Position numbers and translations under genes: made by a program. The notes below the pieces were generated by a model. That model was given only the letters and a program-made list of their open reading frames with translations, searched no databases and had not been told where the DNA came from. Source: Klebsiella phage JY1. Taken from it: 24,000 bases of DNA. Below are positions 15,622-22,344 of the stretch, piece after piece (positions within the stretch are counted from its first letter, which is position 1; each line of letters opens with the position of its first letter). The stretch lies in the sequence record OP734280.1; one strand, given 5' to 3'.

Positions 15622-16323
15622 CTAAGCTATAGTAACACTAAAGTAGTCCATAAGTAAACCAGATTTTTCAACTTTGTTATGACCCACCACTTTGAACTTA
15701 GTTCCCATCGGTAGCATCCTTTCTTGTTCTTTATCAATCATCTCGATATCAGCGCTTCTGCGCTGAGCAATGTTATCAATCACATCATTTGGTCGCATGA
15801 ATTCAGAATCTGGTGCAGTAATTAAAAGCGATTTCATGTTGGTATGATAATCAAATGATTGTTGACAATTATTGACTTCAATGACTACAAAGGTCGAGTA
15901 ATGCCATTTGCCTGCAAACTCTCGGGCGATCGTTTCATCTGTTGTGAATGACGCCACCTTTCCAAAGTCAAATTTCTCTCCTTTAATAAGAGCGTCATAA
16001 AAGGCTTTAGCCTCGCGGCATGATAGACCTCTATAGAGAGTGTCTCTGTTATCAATTTGATGGCGCCTAACGATAGAGTCAAGTTTCTTATGAAATTCTT
16101 CGCCAATCTTATTGTTCATGCACTGCCACAGAATTGACTGTTCTTTGCAGTCAAAACGATTGGCTAATGCTTCCCATACGCTTAAATCATATAAAGGTAA
16201 TCCTTTGCTTTCTCGCGCGAAGTTAAGAACATCAATGGAACGAATGGGTTCTTCGATAGGAATAACCTTTGATAATTTTACTGAAATAGATGGGTTTAAT
16301 GAAATAGCCATGATATTCTCCAT
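15622..16323 (-). CDS. ModA/ModB-like mono-ADP-ribosyltransferase
   Basis: 233 aa; R-S-E motifs LYRGLS, SFTTD and EQERMLP; T4 mod neighbourhood. Confidence 0.85.
   Translation of the reverse strand: MENIMAISLNPSISVKLSKVIPIEEPIRSIDVLNFARESKGLPLYDLSVWEALANRFDCKEQSILWQCMNNKIGEEFHKKLDSIVRRHQIDNRDTLYRGLSCREAKAFYDALIKGEKFDFGKVASFTTDETIAREFAGKWHYSTFVVIEVNNCQQSFDYHTNMKSLLITAPDSEFMRPNDVIDNIAQRRSADIEMIDKEQERMLPMGTKFKVVGHNKVEKSGLLMDYFSVTIA
15629..15659 (-). promoter_or_regulatory. Early promoter embedded in the 3' end of the ADP-ribosyltransferase gene
   Basis: GTTTAC-N19-TACTAT on the minus strand. Confidence 0.6.
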
Positions 16324-16340
16324 TTTTGGTTACGAGAGGT

Positions 16341-16370
16341 ATCTTATCATGGCTTTTTAGAAGAGTAAAC
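16341..16370 (-). promoter_or_regulatory. T4-like early promoter for the ADP-ribosyltransferase gene
   Basis: GTTTAC TCTTCTAAAAAGCCATGA TAAGAT. Confidence 0.65.
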
Positions 16371-16382
16371 TACTTTGTGAAA

Positions 16383-16583
16383 TTATTTTGCCCAGGGAGA
16401 CCAGGGCGGCGGGTCAGACCAGATTGAAGCTAGTTCATCTAGAAGAGCTTCTGGGGCTTTAATACCATACTTCTGTATAATTATACGGTATTCGTCTTTG
16501 ATGTCCTTAGAAATCACTGGATGAACTTGAACCTCTTCCTGAGGCTCTTCCATCATTTCAAACAAATCCATCACATGAACCAC
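16383..16583 (-). CDS. Hypothetical acidic 66-aa protein (start may be MDLFEMMEE)
   Basis: ORF track; overlaps the upstream gene end. Confidence 0.7.
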   Translation of the reverse strand: MVHVMDLFEMMEEPQEEVQVHPVISKDIKDEYRIIIQKYGIKAPEALLDELASIWSDPPPWSPWAK

Positions 16584-17056
16584 TCCATCCGACGATATTG
16601 ACTGTTACTATTATTATATGCATCAGCAGCTTTTTGAAGCAAATCGCTCGGAGTAAATCTGGCGAAATCAGCTTGCATAAATGACCATACTAACTGAGTA
16701 AATACTATAAAAGCGTCTTCATTGTCAATGACGATACTTTTGCCGTTAACGATTTTATCATTTGCATATTCAAACAAATCGGTCTCATGATATGCATTGG
16801 TATATCCTTTAAGGTGTAAAGCACCTAAAATATTAATTGGACTTCCTGGCATGTGTGAAACATCAAAAGTATGGGCTGTTTTGACAAGTCCATATTTACT
16901 ATTAGGACACCACCCGCGTGCTTCAAATTTATTGACCAGTTCTTTAAACTCGTCATAAGAATAATTGTAAATTGCTACAGTGAATACTTTATCAGAATCA
17001 AAACCTTCTTTTAGTTTGCGCTGTAAACTTACTTTATAGATTTTTGCGTTTGCCAC
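16571..17056 (-). CDS. Candidate Mrh homolog
   Basis: 161 aa, position between soc and the mod gene as for T4 mrh; identity not verified by alignment. Confidence 0.5.
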   Translation of the reverse strand: MANAKIYKVSLQRKLKEGFDSDKVFTVAIYNYSYDEFKELVNKFEARGWCPNSKYGLVKTAHTFDVSHMPGSPINILGALHLKGYTNAYHETDLFEYANDKIVNGKSIVIDNEDAFIVFTQLVWSFMQADFARFTPSDLLQKAADAYNNSNSQYRRMEWFM

Positions 17057-17225
17057 AAAGAGCTCCTTCAGTCATGTTATTGTCTTCAAACCATTTATCA
17101 TTTGCTTTAATTAAAGCAGGCGCAGCTTTTAGTAATAACGCTGCAGCTCTTACACCTCTGTACCAACAATCAAAATGAGACTTCTTTAATGGTGATTGAT
17201 ACCAGGGCTTAGTATAACATATCAT
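17034..17225 (-). CDS. Hypothetical 63-aa protein
   Basis: CTGAGGAGAACAAAATG start context. Confidence 0.7.
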   Translation of the reverse strand: MICYTKPWYQSPLKKSHFDCWYRGVRAAALLLKAAPALIKANDKWFEDNNMTEGALCGKRKNL

Positions 17226-17248
17226 TTTGTTCTCCTCAGTTAGTAGGA

Positions 17249-17273
17249 ATAATATACTATTCCCAGTATAGCA
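17249..17273 (-). promoter_or_regulatory. Candidate middle promoter (TGCTATA-type box)
   Basis: Minus strand TGCTATACTGGGAATAGTATATTAT. Confidence 0.5.
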
Positions 17274-17276
17274 TAA

Positions 17277-17298
17277 AAGGACTCCCGGAGGAGTCCTT
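17277..17298 (-). terminator. Intrinsic terminator after soc
   Basis: AAGGACTCC-TCCG-GGAGTCCTT followed by TTAT on the minus strand; UNCG tetraloop. Confidence 0.85.
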
Positions 17299-17303
17299 AA
17301 TTT

Positions 17304-17531
17304 TTATACTTCTGCATCAGCTTCAAACATTTTCGCATTGGTGGTTGCCCAAGTTGCAGCATCATCAACTACTGTTGAATAAGCAGCTTTTTCAGATGGG
17401 AAAATCTGATACTGCGCATTAGCAATACGGTGCGAATCAGAATATACCTTAAAAGCTACAGATACTTCAGTACCTTTAATTTCGCCATCAGCAGTGGTAT
17501 GGTCAAAAGTTTTGATATTTACGTAAGCCAT
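17304..17531 (-). CDS. soc: Small outer capsid protein Soc
   Basis: 75 aa; YVNIKTFDH...EVSVAFKVYSDSHRIANAQYQIFPSEKAAYSTV closely matches T4 Soc. Confidence 0.95.
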   Translation of the reverse strand: MAYVNIKTFDHTTADGEIKGTEVSVAFKVYSDSHRIANAQYQIFPSEKAAYSTVVDDAATWATTNAKMFEADAEV

Positions 17532-17557
17532 TTTAATCTCCTATTAGTTTACAGGAG

Positions 17558-17565
17558 TATTTATA
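17558..17565 (-). promoter_or_regulatory. T4 late promoter (TATAAATA) for soc
   Basis: Minus strand TATAAATACTCC, 27 nt upstream of the soc ATG, followed by AGGAGATTAAA SD. Confidence 0.92.
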
Positions 17566-17698
17566 TAGCTGCGGTAAGCACCTTTAGTATTTCTTTATCA
17601 ATTTCTCGAGTGATTTCTTCTCGAAGGGCCAATACTAAGGCCCTTTCTTTTTGCTTTCTGATAATTTTTAAACGACGCTTAGATATTCTTTTAGCCAT
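17561..17698 (-). CDS. 45-aa basic protein MAKRISKRRLKIIRKQKERALVLALREEITREIDKEILKVLTAAI
   Basis: TAATG overlap with the gene 56 stop; its C-terminal codons overlap the soc late promoter. Confidence 0.65.
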   Translation of the reverse strand: MAKRISKRRLKIIRKQKERALVLALREEITREIDKEILKVLTAAI

Positions 17699-18219
17699 TA
17701 ATAGCCTGCATCTTGACGAGCAAAGTTTTCAGCGTTTTTCAGATAATACAGCTTAAAGATTTCTTCAGAATCCAGACCAAGCGCCATAAACATATTCAGA
17801 ACAAAATGCAGGATATCAATCATTTCAAATTTGATTTCAAGCTGGTCTTTATCAGACAGGTCTTTGATATAAGTTTCCTGCATCTTGACGTGGTCAGCTT
17901 TCCATGGTTTCCACACAGCGCTAGCTGCCTTTTCACCATTACTCATACCGCCAAGAGATGTCAGAAGTTCGCGGAATTCGTCATCAATGTAATCTTTTTG
18001 GTTACGCAGCCACTGCACGATATCACCGGCTTGAGCCAATTCATCAGGATGCATGTTAGTACCAGGCTTGTCATTTGCAAGACGAACCTGAAGAGATTTT
18101 TGCATATCAAGCATTACTTGCAAAGGGTCACCACCAACTTTGCGTACGATACCTGCGTATCGAGCTTCAGCTTTATCTGCACCAGCGATCAGTTGACTAC
18201 ATTCGTTAAAGTGTGCCAT
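17698..18219 (-). CDS. 56: dCTPase/dUTPase gp56
   Basis: 173 aa; MAHFNEC...DPLQVMLDMQ...DDEFRELLTSLG...DQLEIKFEMIDILHFVLNMF matches T4 gp56. Confidence 0.97.
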   Translation of the reverse strand: MAHFNECSQLIAGADKAEARYAGIVRKVGGDPLQVMLDMQKSLQVRLANDKPGTNMHPDELAQAGDIVQWLRNQKDYIDDEFRELLTSLGGMSNGEKAASAVWKPWKADHVKMQETYIKDLSDKDQLEIKFEMIDILHFVLNMFMALGLDSEEIFKLYYLKNAENFARQDAGY

Positions 18220-18251
18220 TATTTTATTCCTTTCAATTAAATTAGATAAAT

Positions 18252-18278
18252 ATTATATCACTTAACATAAATAGCAGG
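18252..18278 (-). promoter_or_regulatory. Candidate middle promoter for gene 56
   Basis: Minus strand CCTGCTATTTATGTTAAGTGATATAAT. Confidence 0.45.
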
Positions 18279-18285
18279 AGGATTC

Positions 18286-18477
18286 ATGTCTGAAGTGAAA
18301 CAAGAATGTAAAGACAAGGGAGGATTTGGAAGATATCTTTACGTCGGAATCGCCACTGCTGCTTTAGCTGCATGGAATTATGTGGTAGTTCCATTAGCTA
18401 GCGCACACGGGCTAGTTCTTCCTCCAATGCCGTTAGAAAAAGTTGTGTCGTTTATTATGACCGGGGGATTGCTTTAA
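18286..18477 (+). CDS. Small membrane protein, holin-like character, only supported plus-strand CDS
   Basis: 63 aa after GCAGGAGGATTC SD; GRYLYVGIATAALAAWNYVVVPLASAHGLVLPPMPLEKVVSFIMTGGLL. Confidence 0.75.
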   Translation: MSEVKQECKDKGGFGRYLYVGIATAALAAWNYVVVPLASAHGLVLPPMPLEKVVSFIMTGGLL

Positions 18478-18481
18478 TTTA

Positions 18482-18497
18482 AGGGGCTTTGGCCCCT
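18482..18497. terminator. Bidirectional hairpin between convergent genes
   Basis: AGGGGC-TTTG-GCCCCT between the plus-strand ORF and the primase stop codon. Confidence 0.6.
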
Positions 18498-19518
18498 ATA
18501 TCTTCGCATATTTGTCAAGACGCAATTTAGCCATTAAACCTTGCGATATATTTTGATTAATATAATCCGTTATTTCAGAAGCAGTTGCCCCCTCTTTCAT
18601 AATCATATCATTTATATCTTTGCTTTTCCAAGGCGATTTATCCCAAAAAACTACCTTTTCACCAGCATCTACTAAACGTTTCATACGCTTAATTGTATCA
18701 GGATGACGAGGTTCATGGTCCATAATCCACGCTCGGTTATCATGGCATGGAACTTGAGCTAAATCTAAAGACCCGCCAGTGATTGCAATAGCATTATCAA
18801 TGAACAACGAATCTATTGGTCCTTCCATGACGAATACGAGTTTTGACTCATCAATAGTGTCGAGACCATAAATTTTGGTCGCGTGCTCGTGGGCTTTGAT
18901 TGTGATGTATTTTTGTGGAGCATTCTTTCGTAGTGCTCGTCCTTGAAACGACTCAATCTCTCCTTTCTTGTTGAAGATAGGAATAACCAAACGTGGTTCG
19001 TTCGTCTCATTCTTATAGGTTCCTGGATTAACGGAGTTAACAAGAGAAGGCCATTGGTTAGTAAACCATAACCTTTTCCAAGAAGTGCTTGGAATACATC
19101 TGGCAGTCACGTATTTAACTATCGGATGTTCCTTAGGAAGTCTATCTAATCGCTCACAGAAATTAAGTTTTTCTATTACGGGGAGTTTTGCATTAATTTT
19201 CTCAGACGGTTCTACGCTCTTTGGCTTGTCAAAGACTTGTTCCTTTCTTTTCTCAAGAAGATACTCTCGATAGAGGTCAGGTTCATTATCTTTAAGATAC
19301 TGCGATAGCCACTTGTTATACTCACAGTTGAAGCAATGACAGCGTAATCCTTGACCTGCATCAAAAATCCAGAATCGGGCTTTATTGATATCTTTCTGTG
19401 AGTCACCACAAATTGGGCAACGGCAGTTTAACTTGAATGTTGAAGATGTAGTAACGTGTCTAAATTTAGGTAGGTGAGATATTGCGCGAATTGCATACTC
19501 GTTATCAACCCAAGACAT
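18496..19518 (-). CDS. 61: DNA primase gp61
   Basis: 340 aa; zinc motif CRCPICGDS...CHCFNC, FVMEGPIDSLF, FWDKSPWKSKDINDMI, GLMAKLRLDKYAKI as in T4 gp61. Confidence 0.97.
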   Translation of the reverse strand: MSWVDNEYAIRAISHLPKFRHVTTSSTFKLNCRCPICGDSQKDINKARFWIFDAGQGLRCHCFNCEYNKWLSQYLKDNEPDLYREYLLEKRKEQVFDKPKSVEPSEKINAKLPVIEKLNFCERLDRLPKEHPIVKYVTARCIPSTSWKRLWFTNQWPSLVNSVNPGTYKNETNEPRLVIPIFNKKGEIESFQGRALRKNAPQKYITIKAHEHATKIYGLDTIDESKLVFVMEGPIDSLFIDNAIAITGGSLDLAQVPCHDNRAWIMDHEPRHPDTIKRMKRLVDAGEKVVFWDKSPWKSKDINDMIMKEGATASEITDYINQNISQGLMAKLRLDKYAKI

Positions 19519-19529
19519 AATATTTCCTC

Positions 19530-19551
19530 TGGCCTTAAACTAATAAGGCCA
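19530..19551 (-). promoter_or_regulatory. Intercistronic hairpin upstream of the gene 61 Shine-Dalgarno
   Basis: TGGCCTTA-N6-TAAGGCCA, immediately followed by GAGG on the minus strand. Confidence 0.55.
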
Positions 19552-19556
19552 TTTTA

Positions 19557-19721
19557 TCACTTTTTCTTGGCAGCGTCTTTATCTGCTTTCCGTTTCTTTG
19601 GAAGGGTTTCGGGTCCTTTATTGACAATGTCCCCGGAAGTGGTACCTGATGCAATATTTTGTGGGCTGCCGCCTGCATCACCAGCGACCATTTCAGTAAC
19701 AAACTCTTTGTATGTTTTCAT
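19557..19721 (-). CDS. 61.1: 61.1-like small protein MKTYKEFVTEMVAGDAGGSPQNIASGTTSGDIVNKGPETLPKKRKADKDAAKKK
   Basis: 54 aa, lysine-rich tail, directly upstream of primase as in T4; below the track cutoff. Confidence 0.65.
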   Translation of the reverse strand: MKTYKEFVTEMVAGDAGGSPQNIASGTTSGDIVNKGPETLPKKRKADKDAAKKK

Positions 19722-19736
19722 AGAGCCTCCTACTAT

Positions 19737-19946
19737 TTATTCATGCGTAATACGTAAGCATTTATAAGTAGGATACAGAGTCGGAGACATTGATTTTGGA
19801 TTGTCTTTGATAAGCATAAACTGCTTGCCTGTATCTTCACACTTTTGCTTAATTACTGCTTCATCTTTACCTGTGAATGCCATCTTTTCAATAGACATTC
19901 CTCCAGAACCAGTAGATAGCGCCATTACTAAAACGTATGTAATCAT
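19737..19946 (-). CDS. Hypothetical secreted/membrane protein in the 61.2 position
   Basis: The track starts at 19958; the ATG at 19946 gives MITYVLVMALSTGSGG... with a short hydrophobic N-terminus. Confidence 0.6.
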   Translation of the reverse strand: MITYVLVMALSTGSGGMSIEKMAFTGKDEAVIKQKCEDTGKQFMLIKDNPKSMSPTLYPTYKCLRITHE

Positions 19947-20236
19947 CCTAAAATCCACTTAACAATGTTGAAGTTATCAAACTGAGCATCACAATAAAGA
20001 ACATAGTTCAGCTTAAGTGCTGCGCCGTCGTCTTTAAGTTCTGCTTGCACTTCTGATTGTTTACTTGGGTCTACGTTTTCCACAATATGACCAACATCTG
20101 CACGAATCTGCTGAGCTACTTCAGACTCATCAGCAGTCATTGACCACTCGCATAAGTCTTTGTCATAGTTGGCCATAGCAGGAACTGCAGAGCAACTTGA
20201 TACTGCGAACACTAAAGCAAGTACAATCTTTTTCAT
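19943..20236 (-). CDS. sp: Spackle periplasmic protein
   Basis: 97 aa; signal peptide MKKIVLALVFAVSSCSAVPAMA then YDKDLCEWSMTAD...LNYVLYCD as in T4 Sp. Confidence 0.95.
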   Translation of the reverse strand: MKKIVLALVFAVSSCSAVPAMANYDKDLCEWSMTADESEVAQQIRADVGHIVENVDPSKQSEVQAELKDDGAALKLNYVLYCDAQFDNFNIVKWILG

Positions 20237-20272
20237 TTTGTTTTCCTCTACTCGTTTTGTTTCAGTAAGGCC

Positions 20273-20302
20273 ATAGTATCATGGCCTTTGAAGAAAGTAA
20301 AC
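20273..20302 (-). promoter_or_regulatory. T4-like early promoter with -10 in an inverted repeat
   Basis: GTTTAC TTTCTTCAAAGGCCATGA TACTAT; GGCCAT/ATGGCC arms at 20269-20286. Confidence 0.75.
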
Positions 20303-20535
20303 TACCTTTTGAACAATTTTTTCAACAAAATGTCAGAGGTCAGATTCTTGGTGGGTAGATATGTTGCCGAGTTGACCCAGATGCCATCGCTGTCATACAC
20401 CTTGACCTCTCCATAGTCGCATACAGATAGGTCTGCTTTGTTATATGCCTCAATGCCTCGATGAATGGTATCTGTGGCTGTTACAACAAAAGAGTGACCT
20501 GACTGGTCACGGACCGCGCTAAACACAAAAATCAT
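20302..20535 (-). CDS. Hypothetical 77-aa protein in the 61.4/dmd position
   Basis: ORF track; between gene 41 and sp; no recognisable Dmd sequence. Confidence 0.7.
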   Translation of the reverse strand: MIFVFSAVRDQSGHSFVVTATDTIHRGIEAYNKADLSVCDYGEVKVYDSDGIWVNSATYLPTKNLTSDILLKKLFKR

Positions 20536-20544
20536 AAAATTTAC

Positions 20545-21984
20545 CTAGAATTTTAACTCTTCTGCCAGAGCATCAAGCTTAGAACGTGATACTCGTTCTT
20601 GACGATTAGATTCGGCTACACGGTTCTGTGCACCTGCACCTTCTCGGACGGTATTGCTCGGATTAGGCTTAGTTGGGTCGTTTTGCTGCTCAATTTCTAC
20701 CCAACGCTGATTAGCCTTATGCACACCCATAAAGAACTTATTGTTGATGTTCTTATCGCCATAACGTGATTTAATCTGCTTAATTAACTGTTGCTTCATC
20801 TGAGCAAGTTCAGGGGTTTCAATCACAGCTAACATAAAGTCTGCCGTAGCAGGTAGACCCGCAGATTCTGCAATATCACTCATGTCCATATCAGAAGCAT
20901 CCCAAGCCGAACGACCGACCTGAGCCGCGGTCCAAAGAACAGTTTCAGATTCTACGGCCAATGCGCGAAGTTCTTCTGCAATAGCTTTAACTAACGTGTA
21001 ACTGTTTTCAGTATATTGACGAATACGACAAGAAGCACAAATACCAAGATAGTCAATGATGATAACAGTCGGTTTAAAGTTCTTCTTGAGTTTCAATTCA
21101 TTTAGAAGAGCTCGGAATGTATTAGCGTTAGCACCGCCAGTCGGATACTGTTTAATGATTAAACGACCAAGAGTACTAGAACTACGCCATTTTTCCATTT
21201 TGCCTTTATATTCGGCGTATGATACACAACCATCGTCAATATCATCAAGTGATACATCGAGCAAATTAGCATCAATACGTTTAGCACAAACTTCTTCGGC
21301 CATTTCCATGGAAATATAAAGGACGTTATGCCCCATCTGAAGATAGTCTGCAGCCAATGAACACAATCCTAACGATTTACCAACGTTGACGCCTGCCATC
21401 AATACGTTCAGTGTACCAGTCTCGGCACCACCTTTAGTAATTTTGTTCAGAATGCTAAGTTTAAACGGAACTTTACGAGCTTTATTCTGGTATGATAACC
21501 AACGAGCTTCATAATCTTCCATCCAATCATGACCAATATAGCTATCAAACGATACTGATAACGCTTCACGCATGATATCAGGAATAGCCCCCATATCAGG
21601 AAGACGCTTATCTCGCTTATTTGGCTCAAGCTGGGCATTAGCCTGAATTTCAATAATTCGAGACGTAGCGTTATACATAGCCTTTTCTTGAACGTACTTT
21701 TCAGTTTCCTTAACTAACCAATTCAAATCTTCGGGAGCATCAGATAACTTATCAATAAGTTTCTTTGCGCCTTCATGTTCCGTTTCAGTTATAGACGAAT
21801 TATCCAGTGCTACACACAACGCAGTCTTTGAAGGAATTGCTGTATATTCATTAACGTGTTTCTTAATTATGTTAAACACCGTCTGAGCAGGTCCTTGCTC
21901 GAAGTACTCTTTGTCCATATATGGCCAAACCTTCGTAAAGAAAGCCTGGTTGTAAATCAGATTAGCTAAGATTGTTTCTACCAC
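20545..21984 (-). CDS. 41: Replicative DNA helicase gp41 (DnaB-like)
   Basis: 479 aa; NVLMAGVNVGKSLGLCSLAADYLQMGHNVLYISMEMAEE, VIIIDYLGI, FMGVHKANQRW. Confidence 0.97.
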   Translation of the reverse strand: MVETILANLIYNQAFFTKVWPYMDKEYFEQGPAQTVFNIIKKHVNEYTAIPSKTALCVALDNSSITETEHEGAKKLIDKLSDAPEDLNWLVKETEKYVQEKAMYNATSRIIEIQANAQLEPNKRDKRLPDMGAIPDIMREALSVSFDSYIGHDWMEDYEARWLSYQNKARKVPFKLSILNKITKGGAETGTLNVLMAGVNVGKSLGLCSLAADYLQMGHNVLYISMEMAEEVCAKRIDANLLDVSLDDIDDGCVSYAEYKGKMEKWRSSSTLGRLIIKQYPTGGANANTFRALLNELKLKKNFKPTVIIIDYLGICASCRIRQYTENSYTLVKAIAEELRALAVESETVLWTAAQVGRSAWDASDMDMSDIAESAGLPATADFMLAVIETPELAQMKQQLIKQIKSRYGDKNINNKFFMGVHKANQRWVEIEQQNDPTKPNPSNTVREGAGAQNRVAESNRQERVSRSKLDALAEELKF

Positions 21985-21993
21985 TTTAACCTC

Positions 21994-22344
21994 TTAAAAG
22001 ATTTTCCATAATGATTTTTTCTTGGTCTTTAATGCACTCTGGATTTGTTTTTTAACACAAGCTTCCACATGAGGATAAAGTTCATCCTTATGAGCTTCAG
22101 ATGGAGTACTAAACTCAATAGTTACTTCCCCCGAAGGAGAAATATTTAATTTATGAACATAAACCAAGTGTGATTGACCATTTAATTTTATCACAATTTC
22201 TTGGATAACAGTCTTCATAGCTTCTTGGATTATTTCATGACTTTTCTTGAACACTCGTTCTTGACGCTCGAAGTCTCCATCTTCCGAGGGAGATTCTTGT
22301 TCAAATTTCTCGAGTTCAGATTCTAAATCAAACTCAGTCTTCAT
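21994..22344 (-). CDS. 40: gp40-like head vertex assembly protein
   Basis: 116 aa between 41 and uvsX, as in T4. Confidence 0.85.
   Translation of the reverse strand: MKTEFDLESELEKFEQESPSEDGDFERQERVFKKSHEIIQEAMKTVIQEIVIKLNGQSHLVYVHKLNISPSGEVTIEFSTPSEAHKDELYPHVEACVKKQIQSALKTKKKSLWKIF

Noticed and set aside
17713-18240. 175-aa plus-strand ORF antisense to gene 56
   Set aside because: Antisense shadow of the well-matched dCTPase gene; no recognisable protein.
18269-18276. CATAAATA as a plus-strand late promoter for ORF 18286..18477
   Set aside because: Too close to the start codon for a normal leader that includes the SD; retained only as a question in the findings.
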